The notes: generated from the sequence alone by a model not told the origin. DNA of 64,000 nucleotides from Promethearchaeia archaeon (GCA_029856045.1 JAHQWG010000047.1:1-64000); one strand, 5' to 3'. Numbered from the stretch's first letter, positions 20,386 through 30,946 are shown. Numbers and translations are program-made.

Positions 20386-22593
20386 TTAATAAGCACCATG
20401 TTCTGTTCTTTCAATGATTTCATTTTGTAAATCAACACCAAGATTAACATAATAATCACTATAACCAGCAACTCGCACTATCAAATTTCTATATTTTTCT
20501 GGATTTTTTTGAGCTTCGCGTAAAGTCTCTGCTGAGACTACATTAAATTGAACGTGATGTCCATCCATTTTAAAATAAGCTCTGATTAAATGCGCCAGTT
20601 TTTCAATACCAATATCGTCAGCTAATAATTTTGGTGTAAATTTTTGATTTAGTAATGTACCTCCAGTTCTAAGATGATCAATCTTTGCTGCGGATTTTAT
20701 AACGGCTGTAGGACCATGGGTATCTGCCCCTTGAACAGGTGAAATTCCTTCGGATAATGGAGTATATGCCTTTCGACCATCAGGAGTTGCCCCAATTACG
20801 CTACCAAAGTAAATATGTACCGTTGTTGGAAGAAGATTCACGCGATGATGACCGCCTTTAGTGTTAGGTCGTCCATCAATTGCTTTATAATATAATTCAA
20901 AAATTTGTTGCATAGTCTCATCTGCATAATCATCATCGTTTCCATATTTCGGTGTATCAGTTATAAATAGTTGTCGTAAGGTTTCCGAATTCTTGAAATT
21001 ATCTTTTAAAATCCTTAACATTTGCTGCATATTTATCCGTTTCTTATCAAATACGTTATATTTAATTGAAACTAAAGAATCAGTTATACTACCCAAACCA
21101 ACGCCTTGAATATAGGATGTATTATATCTGGCTCCACCATTATTATAATCTTTTCCTTTTAAGATACAATCATTTATTAATAAGGACATAAAAGGTGCTG
21201 GCAGTGTTTGAGCCCATAGCTGCTCGATAATATTATTTCCTTTAATTTTAATATCAATAAAATAATTTACTTGTTTTGAAAATGCTTCAAAGACTTCCTT
21301 AAAAATTTGAAATTTTGTTGGATCACCAGTTTTCAACCCGATCTCTTTACCAGTTATTGGATCAATACCATTATTCAATGTAATCTCTAATATCTTTACG
21401 AGATTGAAATAACCCGTAAGAATATAAGCCTCCTTTCCAAAAGCACCTGCTTCAACACAACCGCTGGCACCACCAGTTCGAGCATCAATTATTGATTTCC
21501 CTTGCCTAGTTAATTCTTGAATAATAGCATCAATATTAAATATAGATGGTTGTCCGAATCCTGTTTTGACGATTTGAAGAGCCCGTTTTAAAAATTCATT
21601 CGGTGTTTTTTTGCTGATTTGCACATTGGAACTTGGTTGAACAATTCTCATCTCCTCTATAACATCAAGAATCATATATGAAAGTTCATTAACAGCATTT
21701 GTTCCATCTTCTTTTAAGCCACCCAAGTTTATATTGCAAAAATCCGTATAAGTATTACTTTCCTCAGCTGTAACCCCCACTTTTGGAGGAGCAGGTTGGT
21801 TATTAAATTTGACCCAGAAAGCTTCTAATAATTCTTTTGCATCTTCATATGTGATTGTTCCATTCTCTCGATCTTTCTTATAGAAGGGATATAAATGTTG
21901 ATCAAGATGACCTGGATTAAAGGAATCCCATGTGTTATATTCTGTGATCACCCCAAGATGAATAAACCAATAATGTTGCAGTGCCTCCCATATAGTTCTA
22001 GGTGCATGTGCCGGAACATATTCGCAAATCTCTGCTATTTTTTCTAATTCATGCTTTCTCTTGACATTTTCTTCATCTCTTGCTAAATCTTTTGCTTTTT
22101 CAGAATGGAGTTTAGCAAAGATTATTAACGCATCTGCACAAATATCCATTGCTTTTAATTCTTCTCTTTTATTGAAAGCGTCGGGATCATTATAAAAATC
22201 TAAATTTTCAATACTTTCTTTAATTTCCTTTTTTAAATCCAGAAATCCTTTCGTAAAGATTTTTTTATCGCCCACTGTGTGACCAGGTGCTCTTTGTTCC
22301 ATAAATTCAGTAAAAACTCCTGCTTCATATGCTTCTATCCATTCTGAATCTAGTTTTTCAAAAATCTTATCTCTAATTGAACGCCCTTTCCAAAACGGGA
22401 TAATAATATCCTTAGTTAATTGTTTTGTCTCATCACTTACTATAAAAGAAATCTTTTCTCGAGAGTTGAGAATATCAAGGTCTTTAAGACTATGACAACA
22501 TACTTCCGGATATGTTGGTGTAGCTTTTGGTTCGGGACCTCTTTCTCCTACAATAAGCTCCTCATCGTTAATACAGATTTTTTTATGTTCCAA
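20386..22593 (-). CDS. Glycyl-radical enzyme, PFL-like dehydratase/lyase class (PflD/YbiW-like). The true N-terminus probably extends to about 22752 (see finding)
   Basis: C-terminal glycyl-radical motif RVAGYSDYYVNLG. Active-site GASGCVEAG (Cys-x-Glu, the eliminase/dehydratase type, not the PFL Cys-Cys pair). Conserved N-terminal homology continues upstream of the TTG at 22593. Confidence 0.85.
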   Translation of the reverse strand: MEHKKICINDEELIVGERGPEPKATPTYPEVCCHSLKDLDILNSREKISFIVSDETKQLTKDIIIPFWKGRSIRDKIFEKLDSEWIEAYEAGVFTEFMEQRAPGHTVGDKKIFTKGFLDLKKEIKESIENLDFYNDPDAFNKREELKAMDICADALIIFAKLHSEKAKDLARDEENVKRKHELEKIAEICEYVPAHAPRTIWEALQHYWFIHLGVITEYNTWDSFNPGHLDQHLYPFYKKDRENGTITYEDAKELLEAFWVKFNNQPAPPKVGVTAEESNTYTDFCNINLGGLKEDGTNAVNELSYMILDVIEEMRIVQPSSNVQISKKTPNEFLKRALQIVKTGFGQPSIFNIDAIIQELTRQGKSIIDARTGGASGCVEAGAFGKEAYILTGYFNLVKILEITLNNGIDPITGKEIGLKTGDPTKFQIFKEVFEAFSKQVNYFIDIKIKGNNIIEQLWAQTLPAPFMSLLINDCILKGKDYNNGGARYNTSYIQGVGLGSITDSLVSIKYNVFDKKRINMQQMLRILKDNFKNSETLRQLFITDTPKYGNDDDYADETMQQIFELYYKAIDGRPNTKGGHHRVNLLPTTVHIYFGSVIGATPDGRKAYTPLSEGISPVQGADTHGPTAVIKSAAKIDHLRTGGTLLNQKFTPKLLADDIGIEKLAHLIRAYFKMDGHHVQFNVVSAETLREAQKNPEKYRNLIVRVAGYSDYYVNLGVDLQNEIIERTEHGAY

Positions 22594-22752
22594 AATATAT
22601 TTGAAAGCAAGAGCTCTTGCAACTGGAGCAGAAAGTTTATGTGCTGCACCACTTTTATAAAAATCTGTAATTAATAACGCTCTCTCGTGGGAAAAGCTTG
22701 GTATTGCCTTACGACTCTGCTCACGTAGTTTTATTATTCTTTCATTAATAAT

Positions 22753-23562
22753 TTATCCACCTATTTTCACTTGAAAACCAAAATTTTCAAAATAATTTTT
22801 TATTTCCTCCATTTTTTCATTCGTTGGAGATTGTATGTCCTTCATTTTGTATTCCATCTTCAATTTATCGTACTTATTTTTTCCGATTCGATGATAAGGT
22901 AAAAGATTTACTCTTTTAACGTTATTTAAGGAGGAGATAAATTCTCCAAGTTGTGTAATATTTATTGCTGTATCAGTAATTTCTGGAATTATAGGAATCC
23001 TAATCAATGTTTGCTTCCCATTTTGTGATAAATACTTTAAATTTTTAATAATCTGTTTGTTGGACACTCCTGTATATTTAATATGGTTTTGATCTTCCAT
23101 GATTTTCAAATCATATAGATATAAGTCAACAAAATTATTAATTTTCTTTAGATCTTCTAAAGATGAATATCCAGAAGTATCCAAGGCGGTATGGATGTGC
23201 TGCTTTTTGCATTCATGTAATAATGAATATAAAAATTCAAGTTGCATTAAAGGTTCTCCCCCAGAAAATGTGACTCCTCCATTTGATTCCTCATAAAAAA
23301 TAATATCTTTTTCAATTTCTTCCATTATCTCATTTACAGACATTTCCCGTCCGATTATCTCTTGAGTTTCCCAGAATGCAGGTTTTTCTTTTTTATTATT
23401 GTTTTCAATAGTTATTTTTTGAGGTTCTAATCTAAGACCTTCAGGGTTATGACACCACCAGCAACTTAATGGACACCCTTTTAGAAAAATTGTAGTTCGA
23501 ATACCGGAACCATCATGAATTGCGAATTTTTTGATGTTAAATATTATTCCGGTCTCTTTCAT
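22753..23562 (-). CDS. Glycyl-radical-enzyme activating enzyme (radical SAM)
   Basis: CPLSCWWCHNPE (CxxxCxxC radical-SAM cluster in the PflA-type context), 269 aa, immediately upstream of the GRE and in the same frame. Confidence 0.85.
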   Translation of the reverse strand: MKETGIIFNIKKFAIHDGSGIRTTIFLKGCPLSCWWCHNPEGLRLEPQKITIENNNKKEKPAFWETQEIIGREMSVNEIMEEIEKDIIFYEESNGGVTFSGGEPLMQLEFLYSLLHECKKQHIHTALDTSGYSSLEDLKKINNFVDLYLYDLKIMEDQNHIKYTGVSNKQIIKNLKYLSQNGKQTLIRIPIIPEITDTAINITQLGEFISSLNNVKRVNLLPYHRIGKNKYDKLKMEYKMKDIQSPTNEKMEEIKNYFENFGFQVKIGG

Positions 23563-23779
23563 AATATATGATCTTAATTTTCAGCTTTGTTTTCTCAGTA
23601 AATCTAAGAAAATATTAATCAATTCAATTTAAATTTATTTCCTATATTAAAATCTTATAAAATATTTTGAAAATAATTAAAGAAATTTCCAATTTTAAAT
23701 GATTATACTTAAAACTTTTTCATTCTAATATTTTTTATACACTTAAATATAAAACTATAAACTCTGAGGAGCGATTATA

Positions 23780-25114
23780 ATGATGGAAAAAGAAAGTGAA
23801 ACACCACAATTAAAACGAAGAGTTTCTTTATTCGCTGTTACAATGTATGGAGTTGGAAATATTTTAGGAGCTGGTATTTATGCCCTAATAGGTGAAGTAG
23901 TAGGTATCACGGGAAATTTATCTTGGCTATCTTTCGTTTTAGCTGCAATTACTGGAGCTTTAACTGGCTTATCTTATGCCGAACTTTCAGCCATGTACCC
24001 AAAAAGTGCTGCTGAATTTGTATATGCGGAGAAAGCTTTCAACATACGAGTTTTATCGTTCATTTTAGGATGGATTATAATTTTTTCAGGTCTTTTCTCT
24101 AGTGCTACAGTTGCACTGGGCTTTGCGAATTATTTAGCTGCGTTGCTCAACATAGATTCTATATTTCTAATCGTTCCATTAGCAATAATTTTGGTTGGAA
24201 TTCTTAGCATGATAAACTTTGCGGGTATAAAAAGTTCAACATGGACAAATATTTTATTTACTTTAATAGAAGCTGCCGGTCTTGTATTTATTATTATAAT
24301 AGGAATACCTTATTTTGGTTCAGTTAATTATATTGAGCTTCCAGTTGGAGTAACTTTTACAGCTGTATTCTCTTCAATCGCACTAATTTTCTTCGCGTAT
24401 ATTGGCTTTGAGGATATTGCCAATATAGCAGAAGAAGTTAAGAAACCGGAGAAAAATTTACCTAAAGCAATAATCTATTCTTTAATTATTACAACAATTT
24501 TATATTGTTTAACCGCAATTTCCGTCGTAAGTATCTTGCCTTTTTCAGAAATTGCTGCATCACCTGATCCTTTAAGTGCTGTTACAACAGCTGCCTTAGG
24601 TCCCGTTGGGGGTTTAATAATGTCATTGATTGCACTTTTTGCAACCGCTAATACGGTTTTAATAATGTTAATAGTTACCTCTCGTATGATGTATGGAATG
24701 GCTAGAGATAAAGCCCTACCAGAATCTCTATGTAAGCTATCGGAAAAACATAGAACACCAATTATCTCTGTGTTTTTAACAATGATACTAACAATGGTCT
24801 TTACATTTTTTACTGATATTTCTATTGTAGCAAGTGCAACTGTATTTGGAGTATTAATCAATTTTCTTATAGTGAACATATGCGTTATTGTGCTAAGAAA
24901 GAAGAATCCTGATGATAAAAGACCTTTTAAACTTCGACCAAATATTGGTTGGGTGCCTATTGTGGCGCTATTGGGCTCTGTCGTTTGTATCGGACTACTT
25001 TTCACTTTTGATTGGCTAATAATCCTAATCCAAGGCATTATAATTTTAATTGGACTCATAATTTTCTATCTATTAAGAGGAAAAATCGAAACAAAAGCAT
25101 CTGCGTTAAAATAA
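23780..25114 (+). CDS. Amino-acid/polyamine/organocation (APC) superfamily permease
   Basis: 444 aa, about 12 TM helices. N-terminal FAVTMYGVGNILGAGIYALIG is typical of APC transporters. Confidence 0.75.
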   Translation: MMEKESETPQLKRRVSLFAVTMYGVGNILGAGIYALIGEVVGITGNLSWLSFVLAAITGALTGLSYAELSAMYPKSAAEFVYAEKAFNIRVLSFILGWIIIFSGLFSSATVALGFANYLAALLNIDSIFLIVPLAIILVGILSMINFAGIKSSTWTNILFTLIEAAGLVFIIIIGIPYFGSVNYIELPVGVTFTAVFSSIALIFFAYIGFEDIANIAEEVKKPEKNLPKAIIYSLIITTILYCLTAISVVSILPFSEIAASPDPLSAVTTAALGPVGGLIMSLIALFATANTVLIMLIVTSRMMYGMARDKALPESLCKLSEKHRTPIISVFLTMILTMVFTFFTDISIVASATVFGVLINFLIVNICVIVLRKKNPDDKRPFKLRPNIGWVPIVALLGSVVCIGLLFTFDWLIILIQGIIILIGLIIFYLLRGKIETKASALK

Positions 25115-25144
25115 AGAAGAAAAAAAATCAAAAAAAAATATATT

Positions 25145-26353
25145 TTAAATATTTTCAATAATCGTCGCTTCTGAAACACCGCCTCCACCACATAATGTGG
25201 CTAGACCATAAGAAAGATTTCTTTTTTTCATCTCATGAATCAAAGTTACTATTATTCTTGCACCTGTACAACCCACTGGATGCCCTAAACCCATTCCTGA
25301 ACCATTTACGTTAGTTTTTTCAATATTCCAATTTAATTGTTTTGCAACGGCCATATATTGTGCAGCGAACGCTTCATTACATTCAACCAAATCGATATCC
25401 TTATATTCCATATTTGCTTGTTTAAGAGCTTTTGGAGCTGAATACATTGGTCCCATACCCATGTATGCCGGATCATTACCTGTTAGTGAGATCGTGATTA
25501 TTTTTGCTAAAGGAGTCAGTCCCAGTTCTCCTGCTCGATCTTTAGTCGTTAAAAGTGTCATACACGCACCGTCATTAATTCCCGAAGAATTGCCAGCAGT
25601 TACCGTTCCATCTTTACTAAATACAGGTCTTAATGCTTGTAAAGCTTCCATAGTTAAACCTGGTCTAAAGTGTTCATCTTTATCAAATATATATGTTTTT
25701 TTCCTAGTTTTTACTTCAATTGGGATAATTTCATCCTTAAATCTTCCCGACACTGTTGCATTTTCTGCATTATTATGAGATCTTAAAGCCGCTTCGTCTT
25801 GCATTTCACGCGTGATTCCATATTTTTCAGCACAACTTTCTGCAGTAAGGCCCATAATATAACCAGGTGGAGCAAAAGCTTTACTCCCAGCATGCAAACC
25901 TTCCATCAGTCCACATTTTGCTTCTGTATTTCTTAATCTTGCTCCAAATCGCAAGGAGGGAAGATAATACGGAACATTACTCATTGATTCAACACCACCC
26001 GCTAAAACAACATCAGAATAACCCATTTGTATATCAACCATTCCGGCTCTTATAGCTTCCATAGCAGATGTACAGACTCTATTAATTGTCATAGCTGGTA
26101 CTTCTTGTGGAATTCCTGCTATAAGCGCACCTACTCTAGCAGTATTCATTTCTTCTTGATGTTCCATACAACACCCTGATTTTATATCGGAAATGATGGA
26201 TGGATCAATTCCAGTGGATTCAACACAATCCTTTATCACAAAACTTAGTAACTTTCCCGCATTATATGGCAAAAGACCTCCGCCAAAGGTACCAATAGCA
26301 GTTCTTTTAGCATAACATATATAAACATCTTTTCTTTCCATTAAAATCATCAA
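25145..26353 (-). CDS. Acetyl-CoA C-acetyltransferase (thiolase II)
   Basis: RTAIGTFGG N-terminus, active-site NRVCTSAMEA, C-terminal GHPVGCTGARI and LCGGGG thiolase signatures. Confidence 0.85.
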   Translation of the reverse strand: MMILMERKDVYICYAKRTAIGTFGGGLLPYNAGKLLSFVIKDCVESTGIDPSIISDIKSGCCMEHQEEMNTARVGALIAGIPQEVPAMTINRVCTSAMEAIRAGMVDIQMGYSDVVLAGGVESMSNVPYYLPSLRFGARLRNTEAKCGLMEGLHAGSKAFAPPGYIMGLTAESCAEKYGITREMQDEAALRSHNNAENATVSGRFKDEIIPIEVKTRKKTYIFDKDEHFRPGLTMEALQALRPVFSKDGTVTAGNSSGINDGACMTLLTTKDRAGELGLTPLAKIITISLTGNDPAYMGMGPMYSAPKALKQANMEYKDIDLVECNEAFAAQYMAVAKQLNWNIEKTNVNGSGMGLGHPVGCTGARIIVTLIHEMKKRNLSYGLATLCGGGGVSEATIIENI

Positions 26354-26537
26354 CTCAGATTTATTATCTTTAAGATTTAACTTAACTTTTAAATTGAATT
26401 ATGTGATAGAATTAAAGATAATATTATTATTTTTTTAAATTTAAAGAAAAAAGAATGAGTTGTTTTTGATGAGATTTCAAGTGAGTTGCTTTATTTTCAT
26501 TGAATCCTACTTTAAAATTTTGTACCCTTGGTATAAA

Positions 26538-27023
26538 TTATCTTGGAATCCATTTTGGAACTTCATTTTTATATTTTAGATATTCCTCTCCGAATATCTT
26601 TTCAAGATCCTTCTCTTCATAGGTTGCCATAATATTATAGGGGATGATGATAAATATCCAATGAATAATGCAGATAATCGATATTGATAAAAAGATAAAT
26701 GCTATATAAATTAAAAGAATACCAAGGTACATAGGATGACGAACATGAGCAAAGATACCATTTGTTATTAGTGTTGGAGTCTCTTGTTTTCCTTGAAATA
26801 AAGCTTTACTCACTAATCCCATTAATGTAAAAGAAATAATCATTGTAATAATGAATATAATTATTCGAATCACTTCAGGGATAAATAAGTTAAGTCCTGT
26901 TGAGAATTGAAAAACAAAAGTATCTAATATCCATATTATTGTAAAAATAATTGGAAGGATAGTATGTATAAGATGCGCGCGAGGGAACTCTTTACCTACG
27001 GGAGGTCCATGTTTTTCTTTCAA
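26538..27023 (-). CDS. Isoprenylcysteine carboxyl methyltransferase (ICMT)/phospholipid methyltransferase family membrane protein
   Basis: GIFAHVRHPMYLG (RHPxY motif) and a C-terminal E...Y..Y...VP pattern. 161 aa, polytopic. Confidence 0.6.
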   Translation of the reverse strand: MKEKHGPPVGKEFPRAHLIHTILPIIFTIIWILDTFVFQFSTGLNLFIPEVIRIIIFIITMIISFTLMGLVSKALFQGKQETPTLITNGIFAHVRHPMYLGILLIYIAFIFLSISIICIIHWIFIIIPYNIMATYEEKDLEKIFGEEYLKYKNEVPKWIPR

Positions 27024-27223
27024 TTTGTATTCAACAATTTATTTTAAAATTCTTTAATTTTAGATTTAAATTCTTTTTTCATTTTATAATTTTTCAATTT
27101 AATTTTTTTTAACAAATTTTCAAATTGTTTTTTATATTAAAATTGTAATAAGAGTATATTTTATTAAACCTTGATTAATTATATTTGGAAATATTAAGAA
27201 AATTAAAATAAGGTAATAAGGTC

Positions 27224-30163
27224 TTGGCTCAACCCAAAAAGAAAGGTAAAAAGGAAACGAGGAAAGTGAGAGAACAGGTATCTCTTTCTTCATTTATTGA
27301 AAAAAAAAAACCTAAAAAAGGAATTATTGAAGAAGAACAGCCGCAAATAGTTACCAAAGAACAAATCGAAAGGGAAATTCTAGGGATAAAGGAACCGTTA
27401 AAAATTGTTGAAAAAAAAGAGCTCGATGTTGTAGAACCTTGGGAAAAAGTTTCACAAAAAGAAGCATTAGGAGAGATTCCTAGAAATTTATATTATAAAC
27501 TTAAATCCACTAATTTTGGATTACTTGAAAAAAACACTCAATTCAAAAAGAAGGAAAGAGAATCTCCAGAAGCTGCTTATGTTAGGTTTTTAATTGAAAA
27601 TAGAATAATTACCACGAATTTAGAAAATGGGGTTTTACTAGATGTTGATTATGATGGAGGGCAAAATAAGGCATACTGTAAATTTTATGATTTAGAATCA
27701 AAGGAGATTAAAATTTGGATTGACACAACTGGTCATACACCTTACTGTTTAAGTAAAAGAAGCAAAAATGAACTTGATAACGATATTGATCTAACGAATT
27801 TCGATGGATTTGTAAGAAATGAGACAGTTAAACGATATGATTTATTACTTGATAAGGAAATTGATATGACAAAAGTCTACGGAAAAACACCCACAAGTAT
27901 CGGTGCTCGAGGAAAAGCTATAAGGGATATTTTAGGTAAAGAAAATGCTTGGGAAGCTGATATTAGATATCATCAAAATTATATTTATGATGAGGGATTA
28001 ATACCAGGATTGATTTATGAAATAAAAAATAATAAATTAATTAAAAAAGATTTTAGCGGAAGTACAAAGGAGACAATTGAAAGAGCGAAAGAACTTTCAG
28101 ATATCTTTAAAGATGAGAGTAAAGCACTAAAAGATTTTGCTAATAGGTATCTTGAGATTTTTAATACGCCCATTATTGATTTAAAAAGGGTTGCGATTGA
28201 TATCGAAATATATATGAATCCTGATGAGAAGAGAATACCAGATGCAAGTAAATCTAAAAACAGTATTATTAGTATATCTTTTGTTGGGATAGATGGATTA
28301 AAAAAGGTCTATGTATTAGAAAGAGAAGGTTTTTCAATGGGAGAAAGAATTCAGGATACTCCCAATGACTTGGAAATTGTATTTTTTAAGGATGAAAAGG
28401 ATTTGTTGATAGAAACTTTTCGAATCTTGTGGAAATATCCCGTAATTATAACATTCAATGGTGATAATTTTGATCTTAATTATTTATTCCATAGAGCAAA
28501 AAAGCTTAAAATTCCTGAACTATTAAATCCTATTCTTGTTAGAGCCGGATTTGGACCTATGCGGAACGCTGAATGTAATTTAAAGAAAGGATTACATATT
28601 GATTTATATAGCTTTTTTTCAAATCGGAGTATTAAAGGTTATGCTTTTGGAGGGGCATATGAAAGAAACTCTTTAGATTTGATAACTACAGCTTTATTAG
28701 GTGAAGGAAAATATAAGCATGAGGTAGAGATACATGAAATGCAATACAATAAATTAATCTATTATAATTATAAAGATTCTGAAATTACATTGGAATTAAC
28801 AAGGTTCAATGATTCAGTAGTGATGAACCTTATTACTATCCTTTTGAGAATGACAAAAATGCCTCTTCATGATTTAATTCGACACCAAATTTCTGCTTGG
28901 ATAAAAAATATATTTTTTTTTGAACATAGGGAAAAAGATTATCTAATCCCAAGAAGATCTGAAATAAGTGAATTAAAAAAGGGAGGGACATCGAAGTCAA
29001 TAATTGAAGGGAAAGGATTTCAAGGTGCTTTAGTTATAGATCCTGTTCCTGGCATACATTACAATGTGGTTGTATTAGATTTTGCTAGTCTGTATCCTTC
29101 GATTATAAAAGAATATAACTTATCTTACGAAACAGTTCAGTGTCCCCATGAAACTTGTAAAGATAATTTAATAAAAGGAATTTCTTATCACGTTTGCAAT
29201 AAAAGAACCGGCATATTTTCTTATGTAACTGGATTTTTCAGAGATGTTAGAGTTAAATATTTTAAACCAAAATCATCGGATAAAACCATACCACAAAAAC
29301 AGAGAAATATATACCAAGTTTTACAACAAGCACTAAAAGTGTTTATTAATGGTTCATATGGTGTATTTGGAAGTCCAAATTTCCCCTTATTTTGTTTGCC
29401 AGTTGCTGAAAGCACAACAGGTATTGGTCGATATTCGATTCAATCTGCAGCAAAGAAAGCGGAAACCCTCGATATTCAGGTTCTTTACGGCGATACTGAC
29501 TCAATTTTCTTAAAAAGTCCAACAAAGAGCCAATTAAATGAAATTTCTAATTGGAGTAAAGATGAATTGGATTTAGATTTAGAAGAAGAAAAAACTTATC
29601 AATTTTTAGCATTATCAAAACGAAAAAAGAATTATATAGGAGTATATGCAGATACAAAAACTATTGATATTAAAGGGATGACTGCTAAAAAGAGCAATAC
29701 TCCTAACTTTATTAAGAAGACTTTTGGTCAATTAACGGAAATATTAAGAGAGATTACTAATAACGAAGAATTTGATAAATCGCGCCAAAAAATTATTGAT
29801 ATTATCAGAAAAGATCGAAATGCAATTGGGAAAAAGAATGGATTTACTTTAGATGATTATATGATCTCTTTAGAATTACAAAGATCATTGGATAAATATA
29901 TCAAAACAACTCCTCAACACGTAAAAGCTGCACGAATCCTAAAAAATGTTACTAAAAAAGAACTACAAGAGAGAGATATAGTTTCATTTGTTAAAACAAG
30001 AGATAGTGAAGGAGTTAAACCATTAGAATTAGCCAAACTCGAAGATATTGATGGGAAAGCGTATAAAAATTTGTTAAAAAGTGCAGTTGAACAACTTCTT
30101 GACGCATTAGGCATATCTTATGAAGAAATTAGAGGAATAAAGAAAATGGATTCCTTTTTTTAA
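27224..30163 (+). CDS. polB: Family B DNA polymerase (catalytically intact)
   Basis: Exo I VAIDIEIY, Exo II FNGDNFDLNYL, Exo III YNYKDSEITLEL, motif A DFASLYPSII, motif B KVFINGSYGVFG, motif C YGDTDS. N-terminal K/E-rich extension of about 115 aa. C-terminal KKMDSFF is PIP-like. Confidence 0.9.
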   Translation: MAQPKKKGKKETRKVREQVSLSSFIEKKKPKKGIIEEEQPQIVTKEQIEREILGIKEPLKIVEKKELDVVEPWEKVSQKEALGEIPRNLYYKLKSTNFGLLEKNTQFKKKERESPEAAYVRFLIENRIITTNLENGVLLDVDYDGGQNKAYCKFYDLESKEIKIWIDTTGHTPYCLSKRSKNELDNDIDLTNFDGFVRNETVKRYDLLLDKEIDMTKVYGKTPTSIGARGKAIRDILGKENAWEADIRYHQNYIYDEGLIPGLIYEIKNNKLIKKDFSGSTKETIERAKELSDIFKDESKALKDFANRYLEIFNTPIIDLKRVAIDIEIYMNPDEKRIPDASKSKNSIISISFVGIDGLKKVYVLEREGFSMGERIQDTPNDLEIVFFKDEKDLLIETFRILWKYPVIITFNGDNFDLNYLFHRAKKLKIPELLNPILVRAGFGPMRNAECNLKKGLHIDLYSFFSNRSIKGYAFGGAYERNSLDLITTALLGEGKYKHEVEIHEMQYNKLIYYNYKDSEITLELTRFNDSVVMNLITILLRMTKMPLHDLIRHQISAWIKNIFFFEHREKDYLIPRRSEISELKKGGTSKSIIEGKGFQGALVIDPVPGIHYNVVVLDFASLYPSIIKEYNLSYETVQCPHETCKDNLIKGISYHVCNKRTGIFSYVTGFFRDVRVKYFKPKSSDKTIPQKQRNIYQVLQQALKVFINGSYGVFGSPNFPLFCLPVAESTTGIGRYSIQSAAKKAETLDIQVLYGDTDSIFLKSPTKSQLNEISNWSKDELDLDLEEEKTYQFLALSKRKKNYIGVYADTKTIDIKGMTAKKSNTPNFIKKTFGQLTEILREITNNEEFDKSRQKIIDIIRKDRNAIGKKNGFTLDDYMISLELQRSLDKYIKTTPQHVKAARILKNVTKKELQERDIVSFVKTRDSEGVKPLELAKLEDIDGKAYKNLLKSAVEQLLDALGISYEEIRGIKKMDSFF

Positions 30164-30203
30164 AAAAAATAATTAATTTAATTCTCTTAGAAATAAGTTT
30201 CTT

Positions 30204-30536
30204 TTAGCCATTTCTGACTAAAGCTTTTTTTATTTCATCTAATAATAAGGTTTTTTCTGCTATAAACCAATGCAATTTTGATTTCTCTGGAGAGTTATGA
30301 TAAATTTTTTCTGCAGATTCTGCAATATCATCACGGCTTGGCTCTATAAACGTATCATTTTTTAAAAAGAAAACTAAATTATCAGACTCTAAAGCTTCGA
30401 TGTCATGTCCATTAGTAATATTTTTCTTTATAGTCTCTGTTAGTTCAGCTAAACGCCAGCAAATATGTTCGTAAGATTCATTATATTTATATTGCCGGTA
30501 TGCCAGAATTTGTATATCTTCTTTCTTAATAGGCAA
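30204..30536 (-). CDS. Hypothetical protein
   Basis: 110 aa ORF, no motif. Confidence 0.3.
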   Translation of the reverse strand: MPIKKEDIQILAYRQYKYNESYEHICWRLAELTETIKKNITNGHDIEALESDNLVFFLKNDTFIEPSRDDIAESAEKIYHNSPEKSKLHWFIAEKTLLLDEIKKALVRNG

Positions 30537-30874
30537 ATATATCCTCTTTCTTAATTATTTTTCCTATACTAAATTCCTAATAATTGAAGTAAGTTTACTA
30601 TATATTTGTTACGATTTTAAGCAAAGTTTTTGGTGTTATAACAAATTAGTAATTTAATCAGTAGTTTCCTTAATTTTTAATATAAATTACCAAACTAAAA
30701 ATCTTTTTGATATTTAATTTCCTTTTCTGTAAATAGATGTTTAAATAGTGAAATAAGGCAGAAAATTCAATAAGAAAACAAAAATTAATAGATATTAAAT
30801 CTCTAAATTATTATAGAATTTAGATTTGATCAGAAAAATTATATGAATTAAAAAGTGTTTAATTTTAAAAATAT

Positions 30875-30946
30875 GCCTCCGTAGCTTAGCTGGTAGAGCG
30901 TCAGACTTGTAATCTGACGGTCAGGGGTTCAAATCCCTTCGGGGGC
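30875..30946 (+). tRNA. tRNA-Thr (anticodon TGT)
   Basis: Manual fold: acceptor GCCTCCG/CGGGGGC (one G-U pair), anticodon stem TCAGA/TCTGA with loop CTTGTAA, T-arm GGGGTTCAAATCCC. No encoded CCA. Confidence 0.8.

Noticed and set aside
24475-25059. 194-aa minus-strand ORF inside the APC permease gene
   Set aside because: Shadow ORF of a confidently identified transporter. No motif.
27024-27223. AT-rich region upstream of polB considered as a replication origin
   Set aside because: No orc1/cdc6 gene adjacent and no recognisable repeated ORB-like elements. AT-richness is the genome norm here.
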